Assembly: GCA_013239625.1 (NCBI GenBank)
Contig: MU054338.1
Location: forward strand, 1-64,000
DNA: 64,000 bases
Direction of reading: 5' to 3'
DNA from: Lama guanicoe
Taxonomy: Eukaryota
Within the stretch, counting starts at the first letter, position 1. Each line of letters begins with the position of its first letter. Position numbers and translations under genes: made by a program. Shown piece by piece: positions 62,596 to 64,000 of the stretch. Under the pieces are notes generated by a model, which worked only from the letters and a program-made list of their open reading frames with translations, ran no database searches and was not told the origin of the DNA.

Positions 62596-63758
62596 TCCAA
62601 CCATGCTGTTTCCTTACGCCACAGCGGCATCGGAGCAACCACCGGGATCTCCAAAAGTGAACGAGGAGGTGCGCCACCTGACAGTATTGCAGGTCCTCCT
62701 TTGCGGAGGTGATTCAGTCCTCTGGGCGGCTGTGCCCCAACTGAGCTCAGTGGTGGGATAGACCAACTAACCAAGCAATGTGGCTGAAAAAGGTAGGAGC
62801 CCTGGGAAGCATCCATATTTAGGTTAGGGTAATCAGGTTGTGTCCCGAGGACAGAAGAGGAGACTAGTCACCTCCTCAAGCTCCCCACCTGATGGTAGGG
62901 GAGGGAATGTGCAAATAATCTGTGTGTGTGTGCGCACGCGCGTGGCCTGAAAAGCATGCGATCAGGTTCGAGTTTGTGGCTCCATGGTATTCTGCTACGG
63001 AGTTCGAGTGAGTCCCAACCTGTGGTTCTGTGGTGACTTTACATGGCTCATGGCGGTATCGGCCCCTCAGGGAATTGATTGGAGTCAGTGGTTTATACTG
63101 ACCCGCTGAAGCTAAGAAGCACCTTCGTCCCCATGAGGGGAGCGGCCAGGTGGACGCAGGGAAGACCCTCCCTTTGTCCCGTTTGCGACACCGGCACAGG
63201 ATGGCTACACAGGGAGGGAAAGGGACGTAGAACAGCCTATGAGTAAATGACTCCTGTGTCCTTAGGGGCAAAGATGAGACGGTTAAAGAGTTTCAGGTGC
63301 GACCTTGTCACCAGTCCCCCGGAATATCCTGTCGCAATTAATAAACCAGTCTCAATATACTCCTCTCTAAAATTAAGACCACGAGACCTGAGCCAGAGGG
63401 AGCCAACCCAGGACTGGCTGGAACTCTCTTCTGAGGTCCCCCTTATTTTGGTTCATTTATTCTGCCACCGGCCAGCCACCCTGGCCTCATATTTTGTCAA
63501 TACAGGCTATAAGAAGACTTTATACAGGGACCCCTGGAGCTCATCCAGACCTGAGGGAGTCTCAGGGTTACCTGCCTAATGTGGAAACCCCAACTCATCG
63601 GCAGCACTTGCAGCTGAGCAGATAGATGTTAGGCCCGGTGAGGCAGCCAGCATTTTTGAGAACTCCACTGTTTTGAGGAGTGGGAAGAAGATACTGGGGT
63701 CACAGTCCTCAGTGCCAGAAGCAGACCCACACCCATAGGCCATGAAATCTGTCAACTA

Positions 63759-64000
63759 ATAGTAGAGGGATCCTCAAAATCAAAGCTGACAGTTCCGGAC
63801 TGCATGATTAAAAATTTCAAAAAGGGTTTCTCAGGCAACTATGGAATTAAATTGACACCAAAGAAGTTGCACACATGATGTGAGTCAGAGTGGCCCACCT
63901 CTGGAGTGGGATGGCCCCTGGAAGGCACGCTCGACCTGTCAGCTGTCAGGGACATACACTGGATAATCGCCATGCCCCCAGGGCACCGCGACCAATTCCC
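63759..64000 (+). pseudogene. gag: ERV gag (matrix) remnant with an in-frame stop, running off the window
   Basis: SSKSKLTVPDCMIKNFKKGFSGNYGIKLTPKKLHT*CESEWPTSGVGWPLEGTLDL..PGHRDQF: the gammaretroviral MA signature (EWPT.GVGWP.EGT.DL, GHPDQ). TGA at 63876-63878. Confidence 0.9.

Overview
Mammalian subtelomeric genomic DNA, most likely a camelid (a vic-1-like tRNA-derived SINE at ~1.85 kb and cetartiodactyl-type L1 3' ends). The window begins in a variant telomere tract (CCCTAA/CCCGAA/CACGAA) and is syntenic with the distal tip of human 19p13.3. Three spliced protein-coding genes lie on the minus strand. PLPP2 is complete (6 exons, 287 aa). MIER2 has coding exons 2-14; the 9-nt first coding segment probably lies in the N-gap inside its CpG island. 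THEG/SPMAP2 has exons 2-8; exon 1 is not in the window. The six-frame ORF track hides a decayed vomeronasal type-2 receptor (V2R, class C GPCR) pseudogene on the plus strand at 5.8-8.7 kb. It lacks exon 1 and sits just inside a relic telomere-like tract. A gammaretrovirus-like ERV (CCAAT-array LTR, tRNA-Thr PBS, stop-interrupted gag) begins about 200 bp upstream of THEG exon 2 and runs off the window end. Other notable structure: tandem CTCF-like motifs near the telomere, a 56-bp minisatellite built from the MIER2 exon-3 splice donor, and old L1 copies with strongly GC-shifted sequence. I found no convincing novel multi-gene system; nearly all long ORFs in the track are artefacts of GC-rich DNA.
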